NCBI RefSeq assembly: GCF_001194135.2
Contig: NC_068988.1
Coordinates: 83,408,234 to 83,472,233, forward strand
Direction of reading: 5' to 3'
Length of the DNA: 64,000 bases
Source of the DNA: Octopus bimaculoides
Taxonomy: Eukaryota
Both the position numbers and the translations under genes were made by a program. The first letter of the stretch is position 1; each line of letters begins with the position of its first letter. A model generated the notes under the pieces. That model had not been told where the DNA came from. It ran no database searches and saw only the letters and a program-made list of their open reading frames with translations. This document shows positions 11,810 through 22,712 of the stretch, piece after piece.

Positions 11810-11831
11810 AATATGTATGTGTGTATATATA

Positions 11832-11880
<49 letters not shown>

Positions 11881-11890
11881 NNNNNNNNNN

Positions 11891-11926
<36 letters not shown>

Positions 11927-12634
11927 AGCTTCATTATATTCAGGCTGGTGAGGAGGTGAGCCGGATAAGCAGAACCTCCGAAGAGAGTGCCTTCTATTAC
12001 TTTACGTTCTGATTTCGAATCACACTGACGTCGATGTTGCCCTAAAATAATTAATTAAATTTTTTTTTTCATATGTATTATTACAATCTAGTTCTAGAAT
12101 AAATCTAATTGCAGCTTTGTGCCTAAAAGTAGTAATGACTGCGTGATGGCATTAAGGCACCGTGGTGGCAGAATCGTTAGCATGCCGGATAAAATGCTAG
12201 GCGGAGTTTCGTCCGGCTTTACAATTTGAGTTCAAATTCCGCCGATATCGAATTTGCTTTTCATCCTTTCAGTGTCGATAAGTAACAGTCAAATTCTAGG
12301 GTCGATGAAATCGTCTAGCATCCTCCTCCCACCTCAATTTCAGATCAAGAACAATATATATATGTATTTTCTAATATTATACAAAATCCGTGTTTAAAAA
12401 AATCTACCACACGTAGGGTATATATACCATGTTCATATGTATGCAGTTTATGTAAGTTTACAAATGTACAACGTTTACAATGTGTGTGTGCGCATGCATG
12501 AGTTTATATATTTCGAGATATTTTGATATATTTTCTCCTTTTTTGTCTTGGAAGACAATTCATTTTAATGTTACACTTTTCCATTCTGCTTCAAGTGTTT
12601 CAGTATTCTTTCGAAGAATCTTTATTGTGCTCCC

Positions 12635-12667
<33 letters not shown>

Positions 12668-13322
12668 NNNNNNNNNNNNNNNNNNNNNNNNNNNNNNNNN
12701 NNNNNNNNNNNNNNNNNNNNNNNNNNNNNNNNNNNNNNNNNNNNNNNNNNNNNNNNNNNNNNNNNNNNNNNNNNNNNNNNNNNNNNNNNNNNNNNNNNNN
12801 NNNNNNNNNNNNNNNNNNNNNNNNNNNNNNNNNNNNNNNNNNNNNNNNNNNNNNNNNNNNNNNNNNNNNNNNNNNNNNNNNNNNNNNNNNNNNNNNNNNN
12901 NNNNNNNNNNNNNNNNNNNNNNNNNNNNNNNNNNNNNNNNNNNNNNNNNNNNNNNNNNNNNNNNNNNNNNNNNNNNNNNNNNNNNNNNNNNNNNNNNNNN
13001 NNNNNNNNNNNNNNNNNNNNNNNNNNNNNNNNNNNNNNNNNNNNNNNNNNNNNNNNNNNNNNNNNNNNNNNNNNNNNNNNNNNNNNNATATATAAAATAG
13101 TCCACATTTAAAAACAAGAGAAAACTACCTTCAACAGGCAGTTTTATCTAGCTATCTATCTATCTCTCTCTCTCTCTATATATATATAACACTTTTTTCA
13201 TGTTTCGTTTTTTATTCTCTCAACATTCGTTCTGTTTCAAAATGAAAAAGAGCAAAAGAAGAAAAATTCTGACATTTCTTTAATATCAAGCTCAACGGAC
13301 ATCTTAAGACGTTTCGTGTAAC

Positions 13323-13370
<48 letters not shown>

Positions 13371-15503
13371 AGCACTCCATGCTCCATCTCCCTCCTGTGT
13401 GTAAAGAGAGAGGAACCTTTTTTGGGCATCTTCTTCATGAAAATTCTGTTTATCATCTACTTGTTTCGGGGGGAAACCTTTTCATACAAGTGACGTATAT
13501 TTGCTCTGTGTGTATATGTGTATGTATGTATTTTGGTATATGTAAGCGAGATGAAAATGTTAAGACGACAAAGAATATTGCTAATCATACTGGCCTTTTC
13601 TATATAAGAATTTCTGATTATTCTTTGAAATAAACTGAATTCTCATAGGGTTACAGTGTTTTATTTACTTCAAATATATGTCAAGGTAAGGAATAGACAT
13701 TCTTTTACTTGGAGTGTGTGTGTAATTACACTCGCACGTCTGATTTACACAAAATATACCCTGCCATGCTTTACGTTAAGATGCTTCATATACAAGTTTA
13801 CTTTGGCCACCCTGCATCCATTTACACTAATATACATTCACTTTAAGTATATATGTGGGTTGTTGTCCGACAGTACACTACTGCTAGGTACATTTAATAC
13901 AAAATAAGTGTTACATAGCAGCAGAAAAACTTTCCATTATCGCTCTTCTTCGTCTGATATGATCTTTCACCAACAAGCATACACGTCACAATTTTACCAT
14001 TTTGTAAAACATCTAAAATTTCCAGCACATGGAGACCGTTATTAATACTACTGTATCTATCAAAACCTTTACTATAACAATTATAAAATCGATCATCTAT
14101 GTTGATCAAAATCAATTTAATAATTGAATATTCCAAAGAACTTGTTGAAAAACATTTAACAACTATGATTTGCGATATTAATGTATTAAAATGTCTGCTG
14201 GTGGAAATAATAGAACTTAATAAGAAAAATATTTTTCTGACGAAGCACATTATTAAACTCTGTACGAATATATCCTGCAGTATATTGCTGCTATTTATTG
14301 TAAGTCGATCCCATCTGCTTTATTTGAAATAACGAAGTACATGAGTATAGGGACACCCATCTCCCGCGCCAACGAGAGGAAAATCTGTATTAAAAACTGC
14401 AACCAGACTCCCTTAAATATATACCCTATCATTTTCAGAAAAAGTTGTAATGTTCATAGTTGTAACGTCTTTAATGATATACTTACTCAAACAGAATAGA
14501 TCTGGTATTTAATACCCGATCTGTTTGCAAATCTACTGACTGTGCCATCACCCGTTCCGTTCTGACTCACTTGAATGATATCAATGCTATATTGGGCTAT
14601 CTGACGATACTAGTTATTGTACCTTGTAATTTCAGTGTTAAGTGTCTAGAGTTCGACCCCACGTTGGAATCATTTCACTTCCCTCTGCCGCAGAGAAATG
14701 CATGAACGTCACAAAATTTTATTAATTTGTTTCCTGTTGGTTTTGAATGAAACCTTGATGCTTGTATATAGAACAATAAAAGAGAAGCTATGGTAATTTC
14801 TTTTGACGAAATACAATGCCAATCTGGTTTAACTAAGTTCAGCCACCGCATCTTTTGGCATTTGTTTAATCGAACTACCCGGGAGGATTTTATCTTTGGA
14901 TACCGACCGTATAAAGCATTCAAGTTGTTTGTCTTTGCCCTAAGAGCAACAAGAGCAGCAGCAACAGTAACTTATAAATGTCACACTAATAACTAGAAAC
15001 CTCAGCATCTTTGTATGGGCAGTCTATCGCCTTCCCACTCATACCTATTGCCTCTTTATTTTTTTCGTTAATTTCAAAGCTCCTTTCTCCACCCGTCTTT
15101 CTTTGTTGTATGAAAAGAATCGTTCAATCTAGTATGTAGCTATAATAGTATCTGAAGCGGCAATGATGGTGGTGGTAGTGGGGTTGTTTCCGTAACACAC
15201 ACATTATGCGTATATAATTATATTTCATATATACAATATGTGAGTGATCATAAATTATATACATGCACACGTATTTAATCAAATACAATAAGACGTGTGT
15301 GTGTGTATAGTCACGGACTCTGGAGAGGAATTTTTTCGAGGGCTACAAAGTTAATTTCTAACCCTCTTTTCGTTGTAAATGTTTTCAGAATATACATTTT
15401 CTGGGATCCCAAAGAATGTCCCTATATCCCTTCATTCATTGATTCAGATGTGCGTGTATCTGTATATTTTGGTATGTATGCATGCGTGTCTTGCACACGT
15501 GTA

Positions 15504-15534
<31 letters not shown>

Positions 15535-15982
15535 TACACATTCACATATCAGAGACGCACAGAAAGGAACATCATGCACACATTCACATAGATGTTCTCT
15601 GCTGCTGCTCTTTGTTCCACATCCAGCTGCTGTGTGTCAAGAAGGGAGAGGGAGTCAAGCTGACGCTGGATAATTAATACATGATACTTTTCTTGTACGA
15701 CGGGGGGAGGGAAATCCTTGTGTATTATCCGTTCTCTTTCATCCAAGTTTCATTGTTCGAAGACTTCGCCTGTATAAATCTCAATTGCTTGTATTGGCAT
15801 GTATGGAATAGCGCCTGTTGGTATGTAGTCGCTCATTTGAGACTACATTTCTCTTGCAATGTCTTCATATTCATGCAGAAAAGGGAATATTGCTTTTCCC
15901 CTCCGAGCCCCACTGCAATCTAGGAATGTTGGGAACAAAAGAACAGATTAGTTGAGAAGAACGCAACACAAACGAGGGCATA

Positions 15983-16337
15983 CCCACGTGTCCTATCCCG
16001 ATTGTGTGACCTCGTAATTTTCAGAAAAATAGATATTTTTGATTAAAAAATTTTTTTTTACAAATACCTTTCAGATGGCGTAGATTATGATTATATCGGA
16101 ATTTAATGTAAAAAAAGAAAAAAGGGAAACTTTTGGGCGCGCACACATACATGCTGATACATATGATAACTTGAAATAAAAAAATAATCAGTATGTAAGT
16201 GTGCGCACCCACCAATTTTTTTTTTTCTAACATCAAATATAATCGTAATCAACACCATCTGAAAGGTATTTGGAGAACATTTCATTAAAAGACATCTATT
16301 TTTCTGAAAGTTATGAGATGGGACACACTTGTGTTGG
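15983..16337. mobile_element. Palindromic MITE (Tc1/mariner-type, TA flanks)
   Basis: Long imperfect inverted arms, e.g. TTTTCAGAAAAATAGAT / ATCTATTTTTCTGAAAG and AAATACCTTTCAGATGG / CCATCTGAAAGGTATTT. TA on both sides. Confidence 0.7.
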
Positions 16338-17039
16338 TATGATGACCAAACGAAATCTTGTTTAGTCTCAGGTCAACTCTGATAAGATCGGACTAAACGT
16401 TAAAGGTATTTTAGCTGTGGTCTTCCTATCTTTTATTCAGACATACCCCTATCTAAGACTGCATTCATACAACGTTTCTGCTTTTTGAAGATGGCTTGGT
16501 CGCTTTTTCCGCCAGGTTGAGTCGCTACTTAGAGCAGCTCCCTCGTGTATCTGGCGACATAACAGTAAGTGATTTTAGATACGAAACCACAAATTTAGTG
16601 AGACGAGGAAGAACTTGATTGTATACTCTTTCCCCAATATAGAAGCTTGGGTTGGCTTGAGTACAGGGAAGTCACACACAATACACAAATATTAATTGTG
16701 ACATTTTCTCTGACATCCGATTTCTAATACATGACAAAACTACAGGGAGTGATCGATTGTATATAGGCGCCTGTGTTTATTGGTGGGAGGAATGCGAGAT
16801 TATTGTCTACAGACAGACCAGAAATGTGGCAAGAACGCTTGCCATAAAATGGACAACCTCTAAAGGCCCGGTAGTGGTGAGTGTTAAATTAAGTGACAAC
16901 TGCAGTCTATTCCACAAACTCCCACTTAGTTTCCAATTACCTAATTCTACTGAAAAGGTTTGGGTCGCCCTCAGGGCTTATCTCAATCTCTGCCGTTGGC
17001 TTATTTCCCTTAATTCAGTTATTAAGGAAACTAGCTTAA

Positions 17040-17570
17040 AGCGCTGCGCTGGCAGAACTGGTAGCACGGCAGAGAAAGTGCTTACTTAGTAGCATTTCGT
17101 CTGTTTTATGGTCAGAGCTCAAATTTCGTCGAGGTTGATTTTGCCTTTCATCCTTTCGGGACGATAAAATACGTACCAGTTGAGCACCAGCATCGATGTG
17201 ATAGACTTCTCCCTCCCCTTAAAAATTGTTGGCCCTGTGCCAAAATTTGAAACCATTAAGGAAACGAACTGGTACATTGGTAGCGTGTCAGATAAATTGT
17301 TTAGAGGTATATCATATCTTCTCTTTACGTTTTGAATTCAAATCCCACAGCAAGATCAACTTGCCTTTCATCCTTTTCGGCGTTGATAAAATACATACCA
17401 GTTGAGCACTGGGGTTGATGTACTCGACTAAACCTCATCCACTAAAATTACTGGGCTTGTACCTAGATTTGAAACCAGCAAAGGCGGCGAGCTAGCAAAC
17501 TTGTTAGTGTCGGACAATGCCTAGCAGCATTTTTCCCGAATTAGCTGAGTTCAAATTCTGCCTGTGCTTA
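17040..17570 (+). mobile_element. SINE family B, three tandem copies (last one truncated)
   Basis: Unit: GAGCTGGCAGAATCGTTAGC...GAGTTCAAATT...GCCTTTCATCCTTTCGGGGTCGATAAAATAAGTACCAG...CAAAATTTGAAACC. Single copies at about 8765-8945, 12160-12330 and 21830-21990. Confidence 0.8.
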
Positions 17571-17583
17571 TCGTAGAAAGAAT

Positions 17584-17956
17584 TACTCTTTATTCTTTTA
17601 CTCGTTTCAGTCATGTGACTGCGGCCATGCTGGAGCACCACCTTTAGTCGAACAAATCGATCCCAGGACTTATTCTTTGTAGGCCTAGTACTTATTCTAT
17701 CGGTCTCTTGCCGATCTGTTACGTTACGGGGACGTAAACACACCAACATTGGTTGTCAGGCGATGGTGAGTGGGGGACACAAATACATACATACACACAC
17801 ACATATATAGGACAGGCTTCTTTCAGTTTCCGTCAACCAAATCCACTCACAAGGCTTTGGTCGGCCCGAGGAAATAGTAGAAGACACTGGCAGTGGGACT
17901 GAACTCGGAACCATGTGGTTGGGAAGCAAGCTTCGTACCACAGCCACTCTTGCGCC
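17584..17956 (-). mobile_element. SINE family A, near full length
   Basis: Collinear with 1639-2009; CpGs retained. Confidence 0.85.
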
Positions 17957-17960
17957 TATT

Positions 17961-18445
17961 CTGTGTAACAATTTTTTTTATTTATATTACCTTTGGTTAG
18001 TAAGTGTTATTTCTTTCTTGATTCTATCTAGAATTCAAAGGAAATGATATGATCCCTTCAAACTTTGCTTTTGTAATCTGGGCATCAATGTTTTGAAACT
18101 GACCTATTTTCAGAAAAATTCGGGGTCGAGTTGCTGAAGCAGAAATATCGTTATAGTAAATATTCTGCTCAATATCATAGATTTGCTTGACTTTAACCAC
18201 TTAAGCATGTCTCTTAGTGGCCGATAATATATGCATCTCTGATCATTAACAGGAGTAGTGGGGGAGCTTCATAGCCATATGTTGAGAGGTATTCTTTGAG
18301 GTTTGAATAAATGTAAGAAAAGCAGAGTTTGAAGGAAATGTGGCAAGAACGCTTGCCATAAAGTCGACAATTTTCATACTTTCTAGGGGTAAGTAAATAG
18401 GAAATAACTGTTGCTAGCCAAAGTCAGAAAACGTGTTACATGGTG
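17961..18445. mobile_element. Chapaev3-like MITE, copy 2 (opposite orientation to copy 1)
   Basis: Internal sequence is the reverse complement of 861-1332. Ends CTGTGTAACA...TGTTACATGGTG followed by TTA. Confidence 0.65.
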
Positions 18446-20673
18446 TTATTATTGCTATTATTCACATTACTGCTCGCTAAAATTTATTCGTAAACTTGTT
18501 TCTATATGTAAAACCTGTTTTATCGATTAAGCGGGTTCGTGTTATCTATGCTTGATTGACGAGATCTAATTAGATCAATCATATTCTTCGCTGTTTACTG
18601 TCTCTTCTAACTAAGAAAAAAGTTGTTAGGTTTTCTTTTTAATTCTGATTTGAAACAAAATTTCAATTCATGACAATTTTTGTTTTGCGTATAACATTCA
18701 GTGCATCCATGATTTATCTCAGTCTTGCCCGTGTGCTTATCTGAATTATTTCTCTTAGTTCAATTTTGTAGCGGGTGGAGGGGTGTATGGCAGGCATTTG
18801 CTAATTATTCTGTACAGTAGGATGGAACCTAAAACCACAAGACTGTTGAACAAACTTAACCAACCATACAGCCATAGCTGTTTCCCCTTTGAGATATGTC
18901 TTGAAACTTCTTTGGAAATGGATTGGATTTGGGGCACAATGAGTAATATTTTGCTAAAGTAAGACAATTTCTTTTTTGTTTTATTTCTTTAGAATTACGT
19001 TTGAAAAAAGACTCGTACACATCAATATCCATCCTTGGACATCAAAAAGTGCAGAAATGCAACAAAAATTTCAAATATCTAGGTCAAATGAAAGAAGCTC
19101 GTGGAAAAACAGCACATGATGTGAAATTAACGAAACTTGACTAAATCTAAGGACTCAACATAAAATCTTTACGATTTGCTGGGGTGGCTCTCTTCCTGAT
19201 TTATTGAAATTAGTCATTATAGATTTTGCCCCACTTTAGACATTGTTTGAAAATTGTCTAATTAGACATTAGTGTGGGTAAAAAAGAATTGACTTGAAAT
19301 CTAACAGAGAAAGGAATGTTTATTGTTAAACAAAAAGTTATCTATATATTTTATTAGCAATCTCATTTAGAATCGTGTCAAAGTTTAGGGAAAATCTATT
19401 GAAAAAAAAAAGAAATGTACCTGTCACCTGACCGTTTCAAACTCTCCCAACTTCAACAATAGCTATGCTGACCAATTTTTACAAAATGGTGATGCAGTGC
19501 TTGCGTATTATTAAAGTTATTGAAGTTTTCTTTGGGCATAAAAGGATGACTTGAAGTACCTAATGTGATTATGCAGAACTATTCAACAGAAAATATAGAA
19601 TTTTCAATTATATCGTTAATGTAAATGAAAAATAATTGAAATTATTACCAGAATATTCTGTTATCGATTACTTTCATTTTTTAAATATTGTACCAATTTT
19701 CACAAGAAAAAAATCCCAGCACGAACCAGAGAATCTAAATAGTTGATCGGCCTGCAAGAAAAACAACTAAATCTCATTTAAGTCACACTAGTCGTTAAAA
19801 AAGGATATGCATTAGATAAAGTAGTACTAGAAGCATTATGCTGAAAAAAATCGAATCCAAAATGGTACTAGAGTTTGCTTTCACTCAAATTTTGGGTAAA
19901 CTTTTTCACTCGTCTCACCTCGAAGGTGTGTTTTATATAAAGAACGAGTCATTTCCGACTGTTATGATGGCCAGATTCGTTCAAAACACATCAGAAAACT
20001 TCACTGTCAAAGCGAGACTGATTTTATAGTATAAATGTACTATATTTGAACACTGTTCACTGCGAAAATGTATACGCTCAATAACTGATGCATTAATATT
20101 TCAGTGTCAAAGAAGTGAAGCATAAGCAATCTCCGGTTAAAGAATGTCTGAACGGACGCACATCAAAACTGCGTTGTTTCTCGGCTCATCGAAGGACAAC
20201 ACTATGCTCTTGCTACTCTAAGTCGGATCACTTGTGTTATTTGGTTTAAATTTTTCTTGTTTATCTCCGTAACCATGTTGTCAAACGTAAATCCGACGAA
20301 AGTTGTGATGCACCAAAGAGAAGGGATACAATCAGAAAACGGTGAAACGACAATGACATTTGACTTATTAATCGGGCAACGTTAACATTTAAAAGGCTCT
20401 GTCTCTCAATGTAGTCTTGGTTCAGTGCCAGACACGAAACTTTTTACAGAGATTAGAAAGCTGCACGAATAGCAAGGTGATAGTATGGAAGAATTTATTG
20501 CAAGTTAGGTTGATAAATCGTTTCTAAGAGGAGGTTAATTTACACAATATTCGTGCAAAGCACAACAGCTGCTTTGTTTGATATACGTCCATACACACAT
20601 ATATAAATACTATAGTTAAATTATTAGAACGCAGTATTGACTTATAAAAACATTTAGTATACTTTATAGTATA

Positions 20674-20703
20674 CTAGCTGAATAGCCCGTCATTGCCAGG
20701 CAA
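20674..20703 (-). mobile_element. Possible orphan Helitron 3' end
   Basis: ACTAG followed by a GC-rich imperfect hairpin, similar in layout to 4149-4178. No matching 5' end found. Confidence 0.3.
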
Positions 20704-20733
20704 TTTTTACAATAGAATGTCTTATTCCATTTT

Positions 20734-21662
20734 GGATCTTTCTGATTTGGCGGACACCATTTTTTATTTAGTGTGTTTTGTACTGAAACACTTTAAAACT
20801 TCGTATACTTGTATATTTTATCTTATAGAACAGAGAAAAAAATTTATATTCGAAGTTATTTCATGTTAAAAGTTGTCGTATTTCGGTAATTTCAACCAAT
20901 CACTGACGTCTATTTCAGTGAAAACAATTACTGCTGTGGTTCGTCAACAACACGTTGTGGCGGTGTAATGGGATCTTTTCCCTTGAATAAAATTAGTGCC
21001 GTTGTTTGTCAACACCAACTATCGGCGGTACTGTTATTTATGACATCGTTCGTGCGTTTGTACTGATTTTAGCTTTAGGGTTATGAGTATTNNNNNNNNN
21101 NNNNNNNNNNNNNNNNNNNNNNNNNNNNNNNNNNNNNNNNNNNNNNNNNNNNNNNNNNNNNNNNNNNNNNNNNNNNNNNNNNNNNNNNNNNNNNNNNNNN
21201 NNNNNNNNNNNNNNNNNNNNNNNNNNNNNNNNNNNNNNNNNNNNNNNNNNNNNNNNNNNNNNNNNNNNNNNNNNNNNNNNNNNNNNNNNNNNNNNNNNNN
21301 NNNNNNNNNNNNNNNNNNNNNAAAAATACTCCTAACCGTAACCCTAACCCTAACCCTAAAACCCTAAAGCTAAAACCAGTACAAACGCACGAAGGATGTC
21401 ATAAATAACAGTACCGCCGATAGTTGCTGTTGACAAACAACGGCACTAATTTTATTCAAGGGAAAAGATCCCATTACACCGCCACAACGTGTTGTTGACG
21501 AACCACAGCAGTAATTGTTTTCACTGAAATACGACAACTTTAACACGAAATAACTTTAAAAATATAAACTTTTCTCAACAACACTAAGAGTAAAAGGTTT
21601 TATATGACACATTCTACCAGTGTCCCAAGTTTGAAAGTGTTTCGTTAGAAAACAAATGGTCC
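20734..21662. mobile_element. Foldback DNA transposon with a telomere-like core, copy 2 (centre in assembly gap, right terminus lost)
   Basis: Left arm is collinear with 2123-2470. Long inner palindrome. TTTAGGG before and CCCTAA repeats after the N-run at 21092-21321. Confidence 0.85.
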
Positions 21663-21689
21663 TTATCTATATCGATAAAATTTAATTAT

Positions 21690-21796
21690 AAAAATACAAT
21701 TGGGTTTTTTTTAAAGTTGAATATTTTATGGGGGTCCAGTAGAGTAAAATAGGCATCAAAGGGGTTCAAAGGCAAAAAAATGGTTGAATACCACTG
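21690..21796. mobile_element. hAT MITE right-end fragment
   Basis: Ends GGTTGAATACCACTG and is similar to the right half of 61306-61618. Confidence 0.6.
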
Positions 21797-22328
21797 CATT
21801 TGAGTGTCAGAATAAAAGCTTTACTGTATTTCTTCTGACTGTTTATGTTCTGAGTTCAAATTCTGACAGGGTCAACTTAGCCTCTTCTGGGGTTGATAAA
21901 ATATAGTTCTCAAGTGCTGGGGTCAATGATATTGACTTGCACCACACATGGCTTATTATCAGTTGAGCTGCACCTAATTTAGAAACAATTATTTTACGAA
22001 ATAAGTAAAAGAGGAAATTTTACATAAGGGAAAACAAATAACAAAATGCATTTACCAAAAATAGCTATTTTATTAAATTTGGTGCTTCAAAAATGTTAAT
22101 AGACTGATACTAAAAGTATTCTCTTCTGAACAGAAGCAAAAAAAAAAAATCATTAAGCAAAACCATTTAACAGCATGACTTAAAATGTATAGCTGATTGT
22201 GAATAGCTATCACTACCTCATGAGGAAAGAAATTGAGTACGTTTTTTAGCCTTCATTTTTTTTTTTTTTTTCCTCTGGGCGATCTTTAGTTTTAAGTAAA
22301 TATATCTGTGGGACCCCAAATACTTGAT

Positions 22329-22712
22329 TTGTGTGTGTGGTAAGAAGTTTGCTCCCCAATCATGTCGTTTTGAGTTCAGTCCCATCGCGCAGCACCTTCA
22401 GCATGTCTTCTATAGTCCCAGGCCAACAAAAGCTTTTTGTGAGTGGATTTGGTTGATAGAAACTGAAAGAAACATGTCGTGTGTGTGGGTGTGCGCGCAC
22501 GCGTGCCTTGTGTTTGTCCCCACCACCTCTTAACAACCAGTACTGGTTTGTTTATGTCCTTGTATCTTAGCAGTTTGGTAAGAGACAAATAGAATAGGTA
22601 CCAGGCTTAAAAATAAGTATTAGGGTCAATTTGTTCAATCAAACCCTTTAGGACGATGCTCCAGTATGACCGCAGCCTGGTGACTGAAGCAAGTAAAAAA
22701 AGAATAAAAGAA
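22329..22712 (+). mobile_element. SINE family A, near full length
   Basis: Same family. Further partial copies at about 215-420, 9455-9600, 27300-27490, 30862-31030, 31485-31675, 36990-37240, 38140-38310, 40715-40845, 50950-51100 and 51745-51915. Confidence 0.8.

Noticed and set aside
11734-12012. ORFs rich in YI, CV or HT repeats (also near 37000-37420, 40357-40739 and 54151-54422)
   Set aside because: They are translations of dinucleotide microsatellites.
13894-14332. Overlapping 118-aa and 77-aa ORFs in intron 1
   Set aside because: No recognisable domain, and AT-rich codon content. Could be an old TE relic but this cannot be supported.
22329-22400. tRNA genes
   Set aside because: The A/B-box sequences are SINE heads. 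They continue into SINE bodies and lack a complete cloverleaf.
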